Assembly: GCA_963793095.1 (NCBI GenBank)
Contig: CAWBYY010000011.1
Location: 1,151,631 to 1,215,630 of the forward strand
Origin: an uncultured Chloroflexia bacterium
Lineage (GTDB): Bacteria > Chloroflexota > Anaerolineae > Anaerolineales > UBA4823
DNA: 64,000 nt
Direction of reading: 5' to 3'
Made by a program: the position numbers and the translations under genes
The notes under the pieces: generated by a model
What the model was told of the DNA's origin: nothing
The model's database searches: none
Seen by the model: only the letters and a program-made list of their open reading frames with translations
Part shown: positions 62,884 to 64,000 of the stretch, piece after piece
How positions within the stretch are numbered: the stretch's first letter is position 1
Layout of the letters: each line of letters opens with the position of its first letter

Positions 62884-64000
62884 ATGGCAAAATCAGAGAA
62901 TATCCAGAAGGCTTTCGAGCTGGCAAAAGCACAATACGCTGAACTTGGCGTCGACGTCGGGGAAGCACTGGCAAAACTTGAAGATTTCCAGATCTCACTT
63001 CATTGCTGGCAGGCTGACGATGTGGGTGGATTTGAATCACCGGATGCCGGTTTATCGGGAGGCATCCAGGCTACGGGAAATTACCCGGGAAAGGCACGTA
63101 ACATTGAGGAGCACAGGAAGGATGTTGAGAAAGCAATGGACCTTATACCCGGAAAGCAAAGGTTGAACCTCCACGCTATTTATGGGGATTTTAAGGGGGA
63201 AGTGGTGGACCGGGACCAGATCGAAACGAGACATTTTCAAAGCTGGATAGACTGGGCCAGTGAACTGGGCATCGGAATCGATTTCAATTGTACTGCTTTT
63301 TCCCATCCCAAGGCTGATGATAATCTTACCCTATCCCATAAAAATACGGATATCAGGGACTTCTGGATTGAACACACCAAACGATGCAGGAGGATATCTG
63401 CGGATATGGGAAAACAACTGGGCACTCCCTGTATTCACAATATCTGGATCCCGGATGGTTCCAAAGGATGTACCGGTGGACAGGTATACACACCGGGCAT
63501 TGCTCAAGGATTCCCTCGACCAGATCTTTGCAGAAAAATTACCCGCCGAGCATCTCAAGGATGCCATAGAAAGCAAATTATTCGGCATTGGGGTTGAAGC
63601 AATGACCGTTGGTTCATCTGACTTTTACCTGGGTTATGCCATCCAGAATCAAACACTGATCTGCCTGGACAGCGGACATTTCCATCCAACCGAACAGGTT
63701 GGTGACAAGATCTCGGCATGCCTGTTGTTCGTCCCGGAAATACTGCTCCATGTAACCAGACCCATCAGATGGGACAGCGACCATGTGGTTACCATGAATG
63801 ATGATACCCTGATGATCGCCCAGGAGATTGTTCGTTGTGATGCACTTGAAAGGGTTCATATGGGACTGGACTTCTTCGATGCCAGTATCAACAGGATCGG
63901 GGCATATGTGGTAGGCACAAGGGCTGCCTTGCAAACCATGTTGTTCGCCCTGCTTGAGCCAAGGAAACAGCTGCTTGAATACGAAAACAATGGTCAGTTC
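62884..64000 (+). CDS. rhaA: L-rhamnose isomerase (3' end outside window); one frame break near 63466
   Basis: MAKSENIQKAFELAKAQYAELGVDV...ISLHCWQADDVGGFE...LNLHAIY continues after the break (IWIPDGSK|DVPVDRYTHR...) with SDFYLGYA, CLDSGHFHPTE and RWDSDHVV to the window edge. Confidence 0.85.

Overview
This 64-kb segment looks like a Bacteroidota chromosome. Supporting marks are a SusC/SusD pair, lipoprotein, Tat and T9SS sorting signals, and TAnnTTTG-type promoter boxes. Most of it encodes carbohydrate catabolism. From left to right: a partial carB; a GH106-like putative rhamnosidase; two URO-D-like genes; a second GH106-like gene; and a PQQ-type propeller. Next comes a susC/susD locus followed by five consecutive heparinase II/III-like lyase genes, a PL22-like oligogalacturonate lyase and a BNR-4 protein. 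Then comes a five-gene operon facing a GntR gene (E2, fused E1 alpha-beta, PHP-like, aldolase/SDR RhaEW-like, Zn-ADH). After that are an S1 sulfatase with a tandem-MBL protein, a GH32 plus MFS fructan module, a GH99-like lipoprotein, and rhaT-rhaM-rhaA running off the right edge. Small, visibly AT-richer accessory modules sit between these blocks: an AbiEi-like protein next to a cytoplasmic multi-PAS histidine kinase, yefM-yoeB, a class-II Fic gene behind an array of TGTACA palindromes, an IS605-type element with an intact TnpB and a decayed TnpA, and brnT-brnA. I saw no rRNA, tRNA or CRISPR array. About three dozen reading-frame breaks interrupt otherwise well-conserved genes. Every break I inspected at base level is a 1-nt indel, most within or next to a short run of identical bases, so I treat these genes as single loci damaged by assembly error rather than as pseudogenes. 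This needs read-level confirmation. All family assignments come from motif recognition by eye, and no database search was run. The best candidates for something undescribed are the GntR-controlled E1/E2-PHP-aldolase/SDR-ADH operon, the lyase-rich PUL with no obvious known substrate, the URO-D-like pair, and the palindrome array in front of fic.
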